A stretch of DNA of 64,000 bases from an uncultured Aquimarina sp. (GCA_947489195.1 CANLCT010000013.1:11100-75099), one strand, 5' to 3'; numbered from the stretch's first letter, positions 18,675 to 27,485 are shown. Notes: generated by a model from the sequence alone, not told the origin. Numbers and translations are program-made.

Positions 18675-19760
18675 ATGGAAATAAAAAAAATTATCAAAAA
18701 AAAGCGCTTATGGATACCCTTATCTCTAATTGTATTGCTCGTTGCTTTACGATTAGCCCTACCCTACCTAGTTAAAAATTACGTGAATAAAACTTTATCA
18801 AATATTGGCAATTATTACGGTAAAGTCGAAGGTATTGATATCTCATTATATAGAGGTGCTTACACCATTAAAAATTTGTACTTAAACAAAGTAAACGCTC
18901 AAACACAAGTTCCTTTTCTAAATTTTAAGAATACAGATATTTCTATACAATGGAAAAGCTTATTAAAAGGAAAAATTGTTAGTGAAATCGAAATGACCGA
19001 GCCCAGTGTTATCTACGTGTTTGAAGATCAACAACAACCCACAAATGAAAGCGAAACCGAAGTTGAAGATTGGTCAGAAGCACTAACCAATTTAGTTCCT
19101 ATTGATATAAACCGACTACAAATAACGAATGGTAATTTAGCTTTTGTGCAAGTAACTACCTCCCCAAAAATTGATTTACAAATGAACGCTGTAAATTTAG
19201 AACTTACCAACTTAAGAAACATTGTAAGAGAAGGAAACAAATTACCTTCGGCATTAAAAGCCACAGCCACTAGTATTGGTAATGGTAAAGCTACATTAAC
19301 TGGAAATTTGGATGTAGTTAAAGCTATACCCGATATGGATATTTCTTTTTCTTTAGAAAATGCAGATATTACTTCATTAAATGATTTTACCCAACACTAT
19401 GCGGGTATTGATTTTTCATCAGGTACATATGAAGTGTATTCTGAAATGGCTATTAACGACGGCTTCCTAAAAGGATATGTCAAACCCATTCTTACGAATA
19501 CAAAACTTATAGGCGAGGATGATAAATTTTCAAAAAAATTATGGGAAGGCTTTGTTGGCTTTTTTAAATTCATATTTAAAAATCAGCGAAAGGATACACT
19601 GGCTACCAATGTTGAGTTCGAAGGAGATTTGAACAATGTTCAAACTAAAATCATTCCAACTATAACCAATGTACTAAAAAATGCATGGATAAAAGCTTAT
19701 AAAAGCATGACTGACGATAGCATAGACTTTAAGGATGCGGCTCCAGAAACTAACAATTAA
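18675..19760 (+). CDS. DUF748-like membrane-anchored protein
   Basis: 361 aa with an N-terminal TM. 'GKVEGIDISLYRGAYTIKNLYLNK...FLNFKNTDISIQWKSLLKGKIVSEIEMTEPSVIY' matches the DUF748 start pattern as I remember it. Confidence 0.6.
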   Translation: MEIKKIIKKKRLWIPLSLIVLLVALRLALPYLVKNYVNKTLSNIGNYYGKVEGIDISLYRGAYTIKNLYLNKVNAQTQVPFLNFKNTDISIQWKSLLKGKIVSEIEMTEPSVIYVFEDQQQPTNESETEVEDWSEALTNLVPIDINRLQITNGNLAFVQVTTSPKIDLQMNAVNLELTNLRNIVREGNKLPSALKATATSIGNGKATLTGNLDVVKAIPDMDISFSLENADITSLNDFTQHYAGIDFSSGTYEVYSEMAINDGFLKGYVKPILTNTKLIGEDDKFSKKLWEGFVGFFKFIFKNQRKDTLATNVEFEGDLNNVQTKIIPTITNVLKNAWIKAYKSMTDDSIDFKDAAPETNN

Positions 19761-19926
19761 AATAATTTATAAAAGTATTTGGATTTATCAAACGCAACAA
19801 TACCATAGTACATTTATAATCACTAATTTAGATTTTATAGACACTTAACTTTTTTGAGCGCAAGAAATTATTAATAAAGTTAAGTTAGAATATTCCATTT
19901 ATACATCTTTACAAAAAACTATAACT

Positions 19927-20085
19927 ATGTCAATATTAACTATCATTTTAAATATTTTTTTACCACCAGTTTCTGTTGCCTTGCAAAAAGGAATAGGAAA
20001 AGATTTTATTATTAATATCATCCTAACACTACTAGGAGGGCTGCCTGGTATGATTCATGCTTTTTGGGTAACCAGTAAACCTTAG
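19927..20085 (+). CDS. Pmp3/YqaE (UPF0057) small stress-induced membrane proteolipid, 52 aa
   Basis: My own translation: MSILTIILNIFLPPVSVALQKGIGKDFIINIILTLLGGLPGMIHAFWVTSKP*. It matches the family hallmark 'LPP..V....G....F.IN..LT.LG..PG.IHA'. Not in the ORF track (<60 aa). Confidence 0.8.
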   Translation: MSILTIILNIFLPPVSVALQKGIGKDFIINIILTLLGGLPGMIHAFWVTSKP

Positions 20086-20140
20086 AACAAGCAGAATAGT
20101 TACTAATTAATTATTTATAAAAGATTCTAAAATTTTTATA

Positions 20141-20656
20141 ATGTTTGAACTCTTAAGATTTGATCATAAGCACATCAAAGACCTTCAAGAATTGCTTTGT
20201 ATGACATTTGGTGCTGAACGAAAATATTTTGAAACAGCAGAGCGAGTGCAAATTGCTGAATTTTCAAGATTTTTATACTTACAAAGCATTCAAAGAAACC
20301 AACTATCTAATAAACTTATTGCTGTTTTTGCAGAAAACAATATTGTACCCAATATGACATATATTAATAAGGGTAAAAACCAAATAAGTGGGTTAGATTT
20401 AAAGCGAATATTAGAAGATAAAAAGTATAGCATTTACATAAAAGAATGTATGGAACTTGATAACTCTTTAATACAATTATGTAAAAAGATTTTAAAAAAT
20501 GATAAGCTCTCAGCATCTATCTTAGATGTAATAACTAAAGAGCTTAATTTTTTAATTTTGCATAGCTTTAAAATATCCGAACTTATTAATAAATACTCAA
20601 GTCAAGGTATTAATTATAATAATGAATCCCTTAACTCAAACAGGAGAATGATGTAA
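20141..20656 (+). CDS. Hypothetical protein (helical, no recognised family)
   Basis: 171-aa ORF ending 53 nt upstream of the cyclase-like gene on the same strand. No motif recognised. Confidence 0.45.
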   Translation: MFELLRFDHKHIKDLQELLCMTFGAERKYFETAERVQIAEFSRFLYLQSIQRNQLSNKLIAVFAENNIVPNMTYINKGKNQISGLDLKRILEDKKYSIYIKECMELDNSLIQLCKKILKNDKLSASILDVITKELNFLILHSFKISELINKYSSQGINYNNESLNSNRRMM

Positions 20657-20709
20657 TTATCGAATACATTTATCTATACCCTATACTTAATTCACTTAAA
20701 AAATTAAAC

Positions 20710-21312
20710 ATGAATGCACAACCGACTTTAATATGCATACCTGACATTAGCGGTTTTACCGAATTCATGAGTGATACTGAATTTGAATTGAGTGCTAAAG
20801 TAATTTCTACTCTACTTAACAAAGTAATATATGCTAATGAGATTGGCTTAAAACTTTCGGAAATTGAAGGTGATGCTGTGCTGTTTTTTAAGCAAGGAGA
20901 GCTTCCTTCTTTTAGTAAACTAGTTGATCAATGCAAGTATTTTTACACACAATTTTACAAGGAATTAGACTCGGTATATAAAAGAAATGAAAACCACGCA
21001 GAAAGTGGTAATATTCATAAAATGCTTGGATTAAAAATTATACTTCATTATGGTATATCTGTAGGATCAGTCGCGATTGGTAAAAACATCAAGCTTATGG
21101 GCGAAGATGTAATTACAGCACATCGTTTATTAAAAAATAAAATTAGAATTGATGAGTATTTACTCATATCTGACAGTTTGCTTTCGGAATATTCAGATCA
21201 AGATATAGCTTCTTGTTTTGATTGGGCTCCCTTAAGAGAAAAAGACACTAGTTATGAACATATAGGTGATGTAAGCTATAGTTATATTAGTTTAGAACCA
21301 CTGATAAATTAA
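20710..21312 (+). CDS. DUF2652-type protein with minimal class-III nucleotidyl-cyclase-like core
   Basis: 200 aa. 'ICIPDISGFTEF' parallels F-x-D-I-x-G-F-T. 'EIEGDAVLFF' parallels the second metal-Asp segment. 'LKIILHYGISVGSVAIGKNIKLMGEDVITAHRL' parallels R-I-G-I-H-x-G...G-D-x-V-N-x-A-x-R. Confidence 0.55.
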   Translation: MNAQPTLICIPDISGFTEFMSDTEFELSAKVISTLLNKVIYANEIGLKLSEIEGDAVLFFKQGELPSFSKLVDQCKYFYTQFYKELDSVYKRNENHAESGNIHKMLGLKIILHYGISVGSVAIGKNIKLMGEDVITAHRLLKNKIRIDEYLLISDSLLSEYSDQDIASCFDWAPLREKDTSYEHIGDVSYSYISLEPLIN

Positions 21313-21327
21313 TTTTTTTTTTGATAT

Positions 21328-21371
21328 AAAAAACTTGACTTTTACTTACTAAAGTAGAAGTCAAGTTTTTT
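21328..21371. terminator. Strong bidirectional terminator between convergent genes
   Basis: Perfect 14-bp arms, aaaaaacttgactt (21328-21341) and aagtcaagtttttt (21358-21371). The stem extends inward with one G-U pair. Confidence 0.75.
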
Positions 21372-21387
21372 AAGGTACCATACTTAG

Positions 21388-21951
21388 TTAGGCATTAACT
21401 ACTTGTTCTTCATGTTTACCTTCAGCTATTTCTTCAACTAGCTTATCAATAAAATCTGGCAAATCTGCAGGTTTTCTACTGGTTACTAAACCACTATCCA
21501 CAACAACAGATTTATCGACCCATTTGGCTCCTGCGTTAATTACATCGTCTTTTATACTATGGTATGAGGTCACTTCTCTATTCTCAATCACTCCTGCACT
21601 AATTAATAACCATGGTGCGTGACAAATAGCCGCTACAGGCTTTCCACTTTCGAAAAACGAACGAATAAAACTTAATACATTTTCATTTACTCGCAACAAA
21701 TCTGGATTGGCCACACCTCCTGGTAAAACCAAAGCATTATAATCTGCTTCGCTTACATCTTCAATTACACGATCTACCGTGATCGATTTCCCCCAATTAT
21801 CACCATCCCAACTTTTAATTTCACCTAGTTTTAATGAAATAATGTGTACCTCTGCCCCAGCTTCTTTTAACGCTTCAAAAGGTCGAAATAATTCTGATTT
21901 TTCAAATCCGTTGGTAGCTAAAATTGCTACTTTTTTGTTGTCTAAATTCAT
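21388..21951 (-). CDS. DJ-1/PfpI-family protein (type-1 glutamine-amidotransferase-like; general stress protein type)
   Basis: 187 aa with the nucleophile elbow 'AAICHAPWLL' and 'LVLPGG'. Confidence 0.9.
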   Translation of the reverse strand: MNLDNKKVAILATNGFEKSELFRPFEALKEAGAEVHIISLKLGEIKSWDGDNWGKSITVDRVIEDVSEADYNALVLPGGVANPDLLRVNENVLSFIRSFFESGKPVAAICHAPWLLISAGVIENREVTSYHSIKDDVINAGAKWVDKSVVVDSGLVTSRKPADLPDFIDKLVEEIAEGKHEEQVVNA

Positions 21952-22022
21952 GTTGAAAAAATTTTATATTTAAAAAGCATCATTGCTTGTTATATAAAAT
22001 TATTAGTAATCTGATTGAAAAA

Positions 22023-22059
22023 ATAACTGTATCGATTTACAAAATAACGCTATCAATTT
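22023..22059. promoter_or_regulatory. Two 16-nt boxes, ATAAC-NN-TATC(G/A)ATTT, with a 21-nt period in the DJ-1 upstream/divergent region
   Basis: ataactgtatcgattt (22023-22038) and ataacgctatcaattt (22044-22059). A 14/16 match, gtaactgtatcaattt, lies at 14204-14219 upstream of AraC paralogue 1. Confidence 0.3.
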
Positions 22060-22371
22060 GAAATAAATGTTAAAAAATGCGCCTCCAAGAATGTCTTTTT
22101 TTTGAGTTCGAACAATATCTAAAGGAGCACACTAAAACCCCTGTGCATACATAAATTAGCTAAAAAAAATATGATAACAATAATACTACTTATAACCGCG
22201 ATTTCAATTGGATTTGGTTTACTAGCTATTTTTGGCTTAGAATATAGAGCAATAAAGAAATCTCTCAATAAGATTTCTATAAAGTCTGAAAACAATACTA
22301 GCATAAAACGTTTTTAAAATTATTACTACGATGAAAATGCTAATAATAGCTCTATTTGTCATTGAATAATT

Positions 22372-22417
22372 AAAACAATAAAAGCTACTCAAAATAATGA
22401 ATAGCTTTTATTGTTTT
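22372..22417. terminator. Hairpin terminator downstream of the YtxH operon
   Basis: Perfect 16-bp arms, aaaacaataaaagcta (22372-22387) and tagcttttattgtttt (22402-22417). It lies just past the stop of 22436..22642 (-). Confidence 0.75.
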
Positions 22418-22435
22418 GTTTAATTTTAAGTAAGA

Positions 22436-22642
22436 CTAGAATTTTTTTAGTATTTTATTTATTAGTACCGACAAACCGTATTTACCAGCAAGCTGCAACA
22501 ACGGCGAGGTAATAAAACTTGAAACACTTAATTGACTCGAAGTAATATTTTTTAGCGCTTTTATTTCTTCCACAGCTATTTTACGTTTCAACTGTAATAT
22601 AGTCAAGTCTTTTTCTATTTGCTCAAAACTAGTATAATTCAT
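22436..22642 (-). CDS. Small hypothetical protein, last gene of the YtxH operon
   Basis: 68-aa ORF. Its start lies 4 nt downstream of the stop of the 22647 gene on the same strand. No family recognised. Confidence 0.5.
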   Translation of the reverse strand: MNYTSFEQIEKDLTILQLKRKIAVEEIKALKNITSSQLSVSSFITSPLLQLAGKYGLSVLINKILKKF

Positions 22643-22646
22643 TTTT

Positions 22647-23006
22647 TTATTTTTTTTGGATAAAAAAAGCTTTGCTTATTTTTTTTATAATGTGGCTATC
22701 AATAAGTGGTTTTCTTAGTAAATAAATTAGCGTACTTAAAGCAAATAGTATTAATGCCGTATAGAGTAGTGCTAAATTATCGTTTTCTAGATAATCTCCC
22801 CAAGCCAATACACCTGCAACAATTACTAATATCAAGCCCATAAAGCAAAGACCACCTATAAGTAAAATTTTGGCCAGCAGTGCAAATGAAAAAGACAACT
22901 GTTGAAACACTTTTAATTCAATATAATCTTGGGTAGCATCAATATAATCTTCTCCACTTTCGGTGGCTTTTTTTGATGCTAATTTTACCGAGTCAAGTAC
23001 ACTCAT
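22647..23006 (-). CDS. Holin-X-like (phage-holin-family annotation type) two-TM membrane protein
   Basis: 119 aa with two long TM helices after an amphipathic N-terminus. Its position right after a YtxH gene is a recurrent stress-operon arrangement. Confidence 0.5.
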   Translation of the reverse strand: MSVLDSVKLASKKATESGEDYIDATQDYIELKVFQQLSFSFALLAKILLIGGLCFMGLILVIVAGVLAWGDYLENDNLALLYTALILFALSTLIYLLRKPLIDSHIIKKISKAFFIQKK

Positions 23007-23018
23007 AACTTATTGAAT

Positions 23019-23444
23019 TTACGCTGTTAAACTAGAAGTGCTTTTGTTTGAAGTTTTTCTAATTTGCTTATTTTTTTCTTTTAAAAGTGCTAATTTGTTT
23101 TCTAAAGTGGTTATTAAATCTTCTGCTTTGTAACTCGTGTTATTTACTATGCTTTCCACTTGCTCATCCAGCGTTTGAGTTTTTGAATTGATACTACTCA
23201 CTACATTATTTTTTAAGTGATTAGTCTCGTCAACAATTTTTGATTTTAATGAATGGGCTTCATCTTGAATTGTATGTTTTAAGTTTTCAGCTTCATCAGC
23301 TAATTTATTGGTGGCTTTTGTTGCCTTATCCTTAATTAAATTTCTTGTAACTTTCCCTTTGTTGGGAGCATATAACATGCCTAAAATAGCTCCAGTCGCT
23401 AAACCTGCTAATATTCCAATTCCTTTATTACTATTATCACTCAT
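23019..23444 (-). CDS. YtxH-domain general-stress-type protein
   Basis: 141 aa. N-terminal 'GIGILAGLATGAILGMLYAPNKGKVTR' is the YtxH hallmark, followed by a long coiled-coil tail. Confidence 0.75.
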   Translation of the reverse strand: MSDNSNKGIGILAGLATGAILGMLYAPNKGKVTRNLIKDKATKATNKLADEAENLKHTIQDEAHSLKSKIVDETNHLKNNVVSSINSKTQTLDEQVESIVNNTSYKAEDLITTLENKLALLKEKNKQIRKTSNKSTSSLTA

Positions 23445-23570
23445 AATTTCTTTTTTAATGGTTACTACTCAACTAACTATACAAATATGGCTAATCTATT
23501 CAGTTTTTATTAGCTCGATAAAAAAAGAACTGTGCTGCATAAAAATCTCTTTTTAATTAAAAGCCTCCAA

Positions 23571-24995
23571 TTACAATAGAGGACTAAAAAAACGAGCACA
23601 TCCCTCGATCAAACGCTGTTTAATGGATCGAGTTTTAAAAGATTCTAGATCTAATTTTTCACAAGATTGACAATCTTCTAAAAAAATTGAGTTAAGTTTG
23701 CTGGCGATTTTTTCATTATAAATTAAAACATTAGTTTCAAAATTGTGTTCAAAACTACGGTGATCAAAATTCCCCGAACCTACTGAAGCTACCTCCGTAT
23801 CTACTACAATGACTTTACTATGAGTAAATCTTCCATCAAGTAGATAGATCTCCACTCCTACTTCCAACAATTCTTCAAAATAAGAAAACATGCTATAAGT
23901 TGCCATTCTAGAATCCGTTTTTTTGGGTACTAAGATTCGAACATTTACCCCACTCAATGCCGCAATTTTTATAGCCTGTAATAAAGATTGATTGGGCACA
24001 AAATAAGGATTGGTAATACTTATGCTTTTTTGCGCAATATTTATAAGCATCAAATATTGCTGAAGTACAGAAAGTTGCTCAGAATCTGGACCACTAGCCA
24101 CTAATTGAATATCCGTATTCCCTTTTTTAGATTGTTCTGGCAAATAATGATCTCCCAAAAGCAGTTCTTCATTACTGGCAAAAAAATAATCTTTTATAAA
24201 TACACGATGTAAACTATTAACAATAGGACCTGATAATTTTAAATGCATATCTTCCCATTTACCTAAGTCATCCTCAGCATTTATATACTTATCAGAAATA
24301 TTCATCCCTCCTGCAAAGGCAACTTTACCATCAATAATTATTGCCTTGCGATGATTTCTATAATTCATGGTAAACAAAAAACTTCCATAACGCAACGGCA
24401 TTACTGGAAAAACACTAGCTCCTAAAATTTTTAATTTCTTTAAGGTACTACGCTTAGCATGATAACTACCAAAGGCATCGTATATAATACGCACTTCTAA
24501 GCCTTCCTTTATTTTTTGTATTAGTAATTGAGCTAATCTGTCCAATACTTCTCCTTCTTCAAAAATATAGTACTGCAAGTGTATAAATTTTTGAGCCTGA
24601 GAAATGGATTCAAAAATGTAATCATAAGCCAAAGCTGCATCATCCAAAATTTGCACATTATTATGGGCTAAAACTTTAAAATGAGTTGTTTGCTCAATTA
24701 AACTGGCAAGTCGTTGTTTATTGATAGCCTTAAAGATAACTTCTGACTTAGTATTAACATCGCTATCGAAATTTTTATCATACAATTGCCTCTTGGTAGT
24801 CTCTTTTAATTGAAAAAATTTGAATTTTCTTCGGTTTATACCCAAAAACAAGTATAAAATAACTCCCACAAAAGGAAAGAATAAGACCAACAATAGCCAA
24901 CTAAAGGATCGTGTTGGTCTTACCCCAAATAATATAATAACCACAGCAGTAGGTAAAGCTACTATTAAGTGTATGGTAAAAATAATCCAAAACAT
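23571..24995 (-). CDS. cls: Cardiolipin synthase (PLD superfamily)
   Basis: 474 aa with two N-terminal TMs and two HKD motifs ('HRKAIIIDGKVAFAGGMN', 'HSKVIVVDTEVASVGSGN'). Confidence 0.9.
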   Translation of the reverse strand: MFWIIFTIHLIVALPTAVVIILFGVRPTRSFSWLLLVLFFPFVGVILYLFLGINRRKFKFFQLKETTKRQLYDKNFDSDVNTKSEVIFKAINKQRLASLIEQTTHFKVLAHNNVQILDDAALAYDYIFESISQAQKFIHLQYYIFEEGEVLDRLAQLLIQKIKEGLEVRIIYDAFGSYHAKRSTLKKLKILGASVFPVMPLRYGSFLFTMNYRNHRKAIIIDGKVAFAGGMNISDKYINAEDDLGKWEDMHLKLSGPIVNSLHRVFIKDYFFASNEELLLGDHYLPEQSKKGNTDIQLVASGPDSEQLSVLQQYLMLINIAQKSISITNPYFVPNQSLLQAIKIAALSGVNVRILVPKKTDSRMATYSMFSYFEELLEVGVEIYLLDGRFTHSKVIVVDTEVASVGSGNFDHRSFEHNFETNVLIYNEKIASKLNSIFLEDCQSCEKLDLESFKTRSIKQRLIEGCARFFSPLL

Positions 24996-25063
24996 AAATA
25001 AAATTAAAGTAAAAACGGATACCCTGTAAAGATATCCGTTATAATTTTAAAGGTAATCATTAT

Positions 25064-25222
25064 TTATACCCTGCGTCCTCTTATCAATGAAATTATAAAT
25101 AAAATTAAAAATAAAAAAAAGCATATTTTAGCTATACTTGCAGCTCCTGCGGCAATACCTCCAAAGCCCAAAACTCCTGCTATTAATGCTAATACTACGA
25201 ATGTAACTGTCCAACCTAACAT
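25064..25222 (-). CDS. DUF1328 (UPF0391) small membrane protein, 52 aa
   Basis: My own translation: [52 protein letters not shown]. This is a near-textbook DUF1328 pattern. Not in the ORF track (<60 aa). Confidence 0.8.
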   Translation of the reverse strand: MLGWTVTFVVLALIAGVLGFGGIAAGAASIAKICFFLFLILFIISLIRGRRV

Positions 25223-25364
25223 AATTTTTCGATTTTAGTTAATTGTTAAGTTTTATACTTAACTTATACAACAAATTACTTTAAATAAATACATTTTAGT
25301 TAACTGTAAAAAAATAATGATTGGTTCAATAAAAAGTTTTTAGCGTAACTATAGTAACTTTATT

Positions 25365-25372
25365 TATTTTTG
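25365..25372 (+). promoter_or_regulatory. Candidate Bacteroidota -7 promoter element (TAnnTTTG) for AraC paralogue 3
   Basis: TATTTTTG at 25365-25372, about 60 nt upstream of ATG 25433. Confidence 0.3.
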
Positions 25373-25432
25373 TAAGGCTTTTATATAGCTATCAATTAAT
25401 ATTTTGAATAAGTTATTGAATCTTAAAATAGT

Positions 25433-26479
25433 ATGACTAAAAAATTTCAAATTACCGATAAAAAAGCCAAAAACATTGTCATTGGAATGGCAGAGCACTT
25501 CGGTATTGACTATGAACATGATATTAATGAATATTGCATAAGAATTCCTGAAACGGAAGGTTCTGGTTACGTAAAAGCAACTATTTTTGACTGTGGTATA
25601 AGTGTGATTGAAGCGGATTACCTTATTAAACAGCCATTCAATTTTAAATTAGAAAACGATCTTATCAATCCCTTAAAATTAATCTTTAACAGGAAATCAA
25701 CCTTTATTCATAAATTTACTGGTAAAAAAGAGGCTCACGAGGTTAAAAATCTCGAAAATATGATCGCTTCTGCCTCTCCGAAATTCCCTCATGACTTTTC
25801 AATACCTGCCAATAATCCTATATGCCTATTTAGCTTAGAGATTAACCGAAAAAAATTCGAAAATTATATTGAGGATTTTTTAAGTGATATGAATGAAGAT
25901 TTAATTCAATTATTTAGGGATGTAAACGGTCTAAATGAATTTTATCACAAATCCCAATTCAGTTTGGAAATTTCTGAATTAATCTCTGATTTTACCGACT
26001 GTGACTTAGAGGGATTTATGCGTTCTGTATATTTGGAAAGTAAAGCTAAGGAAATATTAGTGCTCCAATTAGAACAGTATTTAGATGATTTAAACGAGCC
26101 CGAAAAGCGTAAAATTCTCAGACAAGCCACTATTGAGAGCGTAAAAAAAGCCGTAGATATAATTAAAACTGAAATAGATAGTATTGATAATGTATCGAAA
26201 TTGGCTAAAAGAGTTGGACTGAGTGCAAATTCACTTCAGCAAGGTTTCCGTGTGCTGCACAAAGTTTCGGTAAACGATTTTATAAAAAATTACAGGATTG
26301 AAAAAGCCAAATTACTTATTGAAACTACAGCACTTAACATCACTGAGATTACGTATCAAATTGGTATAAATTCGCGCAGTTATTTTTCAAAATTATTTAA
26401 AGAGAAATATGGAATAAATCCAAGCCAATATTACGCTAAAGTCCGCTCAAATAAAAAAGATGATACTATTTCTGCGTAA
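25433..26479 (+). CDS. AraC/XylS-family regulator, paralogue 3 of 4
   Basis: 348 aa; 'LQQGFRVLHKVSVNDFIKNYRIE', 'ITEITYQIGINSRSYFSKLF'. Confidence 0.85.
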   Translation: MTKKFQITDKKAKNIVIGMAEHFGIDYEHDINEYCIRIPETEGSGYVKATIFDCGISVIEADYLIKQPFNFKLENDLINPLKLIFNRKSTFIHKFTGKKEAHEVKNLENMIASASPKFPHDFSIPANNPICLFSLEINRKKFENYIEDFLSDMNEDLIQLFRDVNGLNEFYHKSQFSLEISELISDFTDCDLEGFMRSVYLESKAKEILVLQLEQYLDDLNEPEKRKILRQATIESVKKAVDIIKTEIDSIDNVSKLAKRVGLSANSLQQGFRVLHKVSVNDFIKNYRIEKAKLLIETTALNITEITYQIGINSRSYFSKLFKEKYGINPSQYYAKVRSNKKDDTISA

Positions 26480-26540
26480 CGTAATTTACGTATAAACAAT
26501 TTTGTTTTATAGGTAATTGATCACCTACCTCTATAAATTA

Positions 26541-27245
26541 TTAGTAAAGTTCGGGAAGATTTTTATACACTACTGGTTCTAACATGCTATTATAAGTTAT
26601 TCCCATTTTATAGAGTTCTTTGGCAATGGTATGTGATTTTAATTCTAACTGACTATCTTTTTCTAAAAGTTTAGTGATATCATTGTTTGTTGAAGAATTT
26701 GACACCCAAACATCTTTTTCATTTTTTGATAAAATTTTCGGTGAATAGTCGCTCAAATTTTGAATTTTTTTTATTGATGGTTCTACTTTATTTAAAAGGA
26801 TGCTAAACGTAATAAAGCCATCTGCAAGTTTGTTGTAATACCCTGCCAAGTAAAACGGCTTTTTGTTTTTGGCATACACATAAAAGGGAAAAATTTCACC
26901 CTTATATAGGTAAGTCGTAAAAAAACCAGTAACAATAACTGCACATCTTTTTAAATTAACTGAATCTTTAAGCAAGGTATTGGAGATAAAATCTTTTTTT
27001 TCGATAGTTAATGTATCAATTATAGTTTGAAAAACCTGCCAGTCTTCATGATAATTGTCTGGCAAAAGGCCCCATATACCATATTCAATTTCTTTATCAT
27101 TATCCGAAATAATTAAAGGCACTATAGTTTCTTCAAATCCTGTAACCACTGGATTGGATACATAAATATTTGGGTATTTTAATGGCATTCCAACATGCGC
27201 TTCCAAAGTTTCTCTAGCTGCTGTATTTGATATTTTATACTTCAT
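26541..27245 (-). CDS. SRAP (SOS-response-associated peptidase)-like protein lacking the N-terminal Cys nucleophile
   Basis: 234 aa. SRAP-like blocks are 'YGIWGLLP', 'KRCAVIVTGFF', 'PFYLAGYYN' and 'FSILLN'. The N-terminus is 'MKYK', not 'MCGR'. Confidence 0.45.
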   Translation of the reverse strand: MKYKISNTAARETLEAHVGMPLKYPNIYVSNPVVTGFEETIVPLIISDNDKEIEYGIWGLLPDNYHEDWQVFQTIIDTLTIEKKDFISNTLLKDSVNLKRCAVIVTGFFTTYLYKGEIFPFYVYAKNKKPFYLAGYYNKLADGFITFSILLNKVEPSIKKIQNLSDYSPKILSKNEKDVWVSNSSTNNDITKLLEKDSQLELKSHTIAKELYKMGITYNSMLEPVVYKNLPELY

Positions 27246-27485
27246 AATTGTAATAACAAAGTAACATCAACTTTCGCGTTACTTATAGTCCTATAAAATT
27301 TTTAATGTACTCATATACTGTAATAAAATATATTGCCTTTTTATTGAAATCAATTATTATGCTGATCATTAAAGCTATTAAGCGTTGTAATATACTACTG
27401 CCTAAAAAACAAAAGTAACTTACAACGCTTACATCTAATAATACTAAATTCTAGCTATTCAATTTGATTGAGCAATCCTATAAAA

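Noticed and set aside
21366-21385. A recurrent motif, TTTTTTAAGGTAC. It occurs at 21366-21385 (ttttttaaggtaccatactt) and at 46874-46893 (ttttttaaggtacgatactt, 19/20 identical). 44614-44628 carries cattttttaaggtac. Two AGTACCTTTT copies lie at 44411-44420 and 44424-44433. Two of these sites flank the LytS/LytTR genes, which tempted a LytTR-box interpretation.
   Set aside because: A back-of-envelope estimate for a 64-kb sequence with about one-third G+C gives roughly one to two chance 19/20 matches and many chance exact 15-mers, more so with T-runs. The copies share no extended flanks and no consistent position relative to genes. It is worth a genome-wide count only.
22119-22304. A 61-aa minus-strand ORF, and an alternative 48-aa plus-strand ORF (22171..22317, MITIILLLITAISIGFGLLAIFG...).
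   Set aside because: The two overlap each other in an intergenic region, and neither has a recognisable family. The plus-strand one looks like a single-TM peptide, but the evidence is too thin to call.
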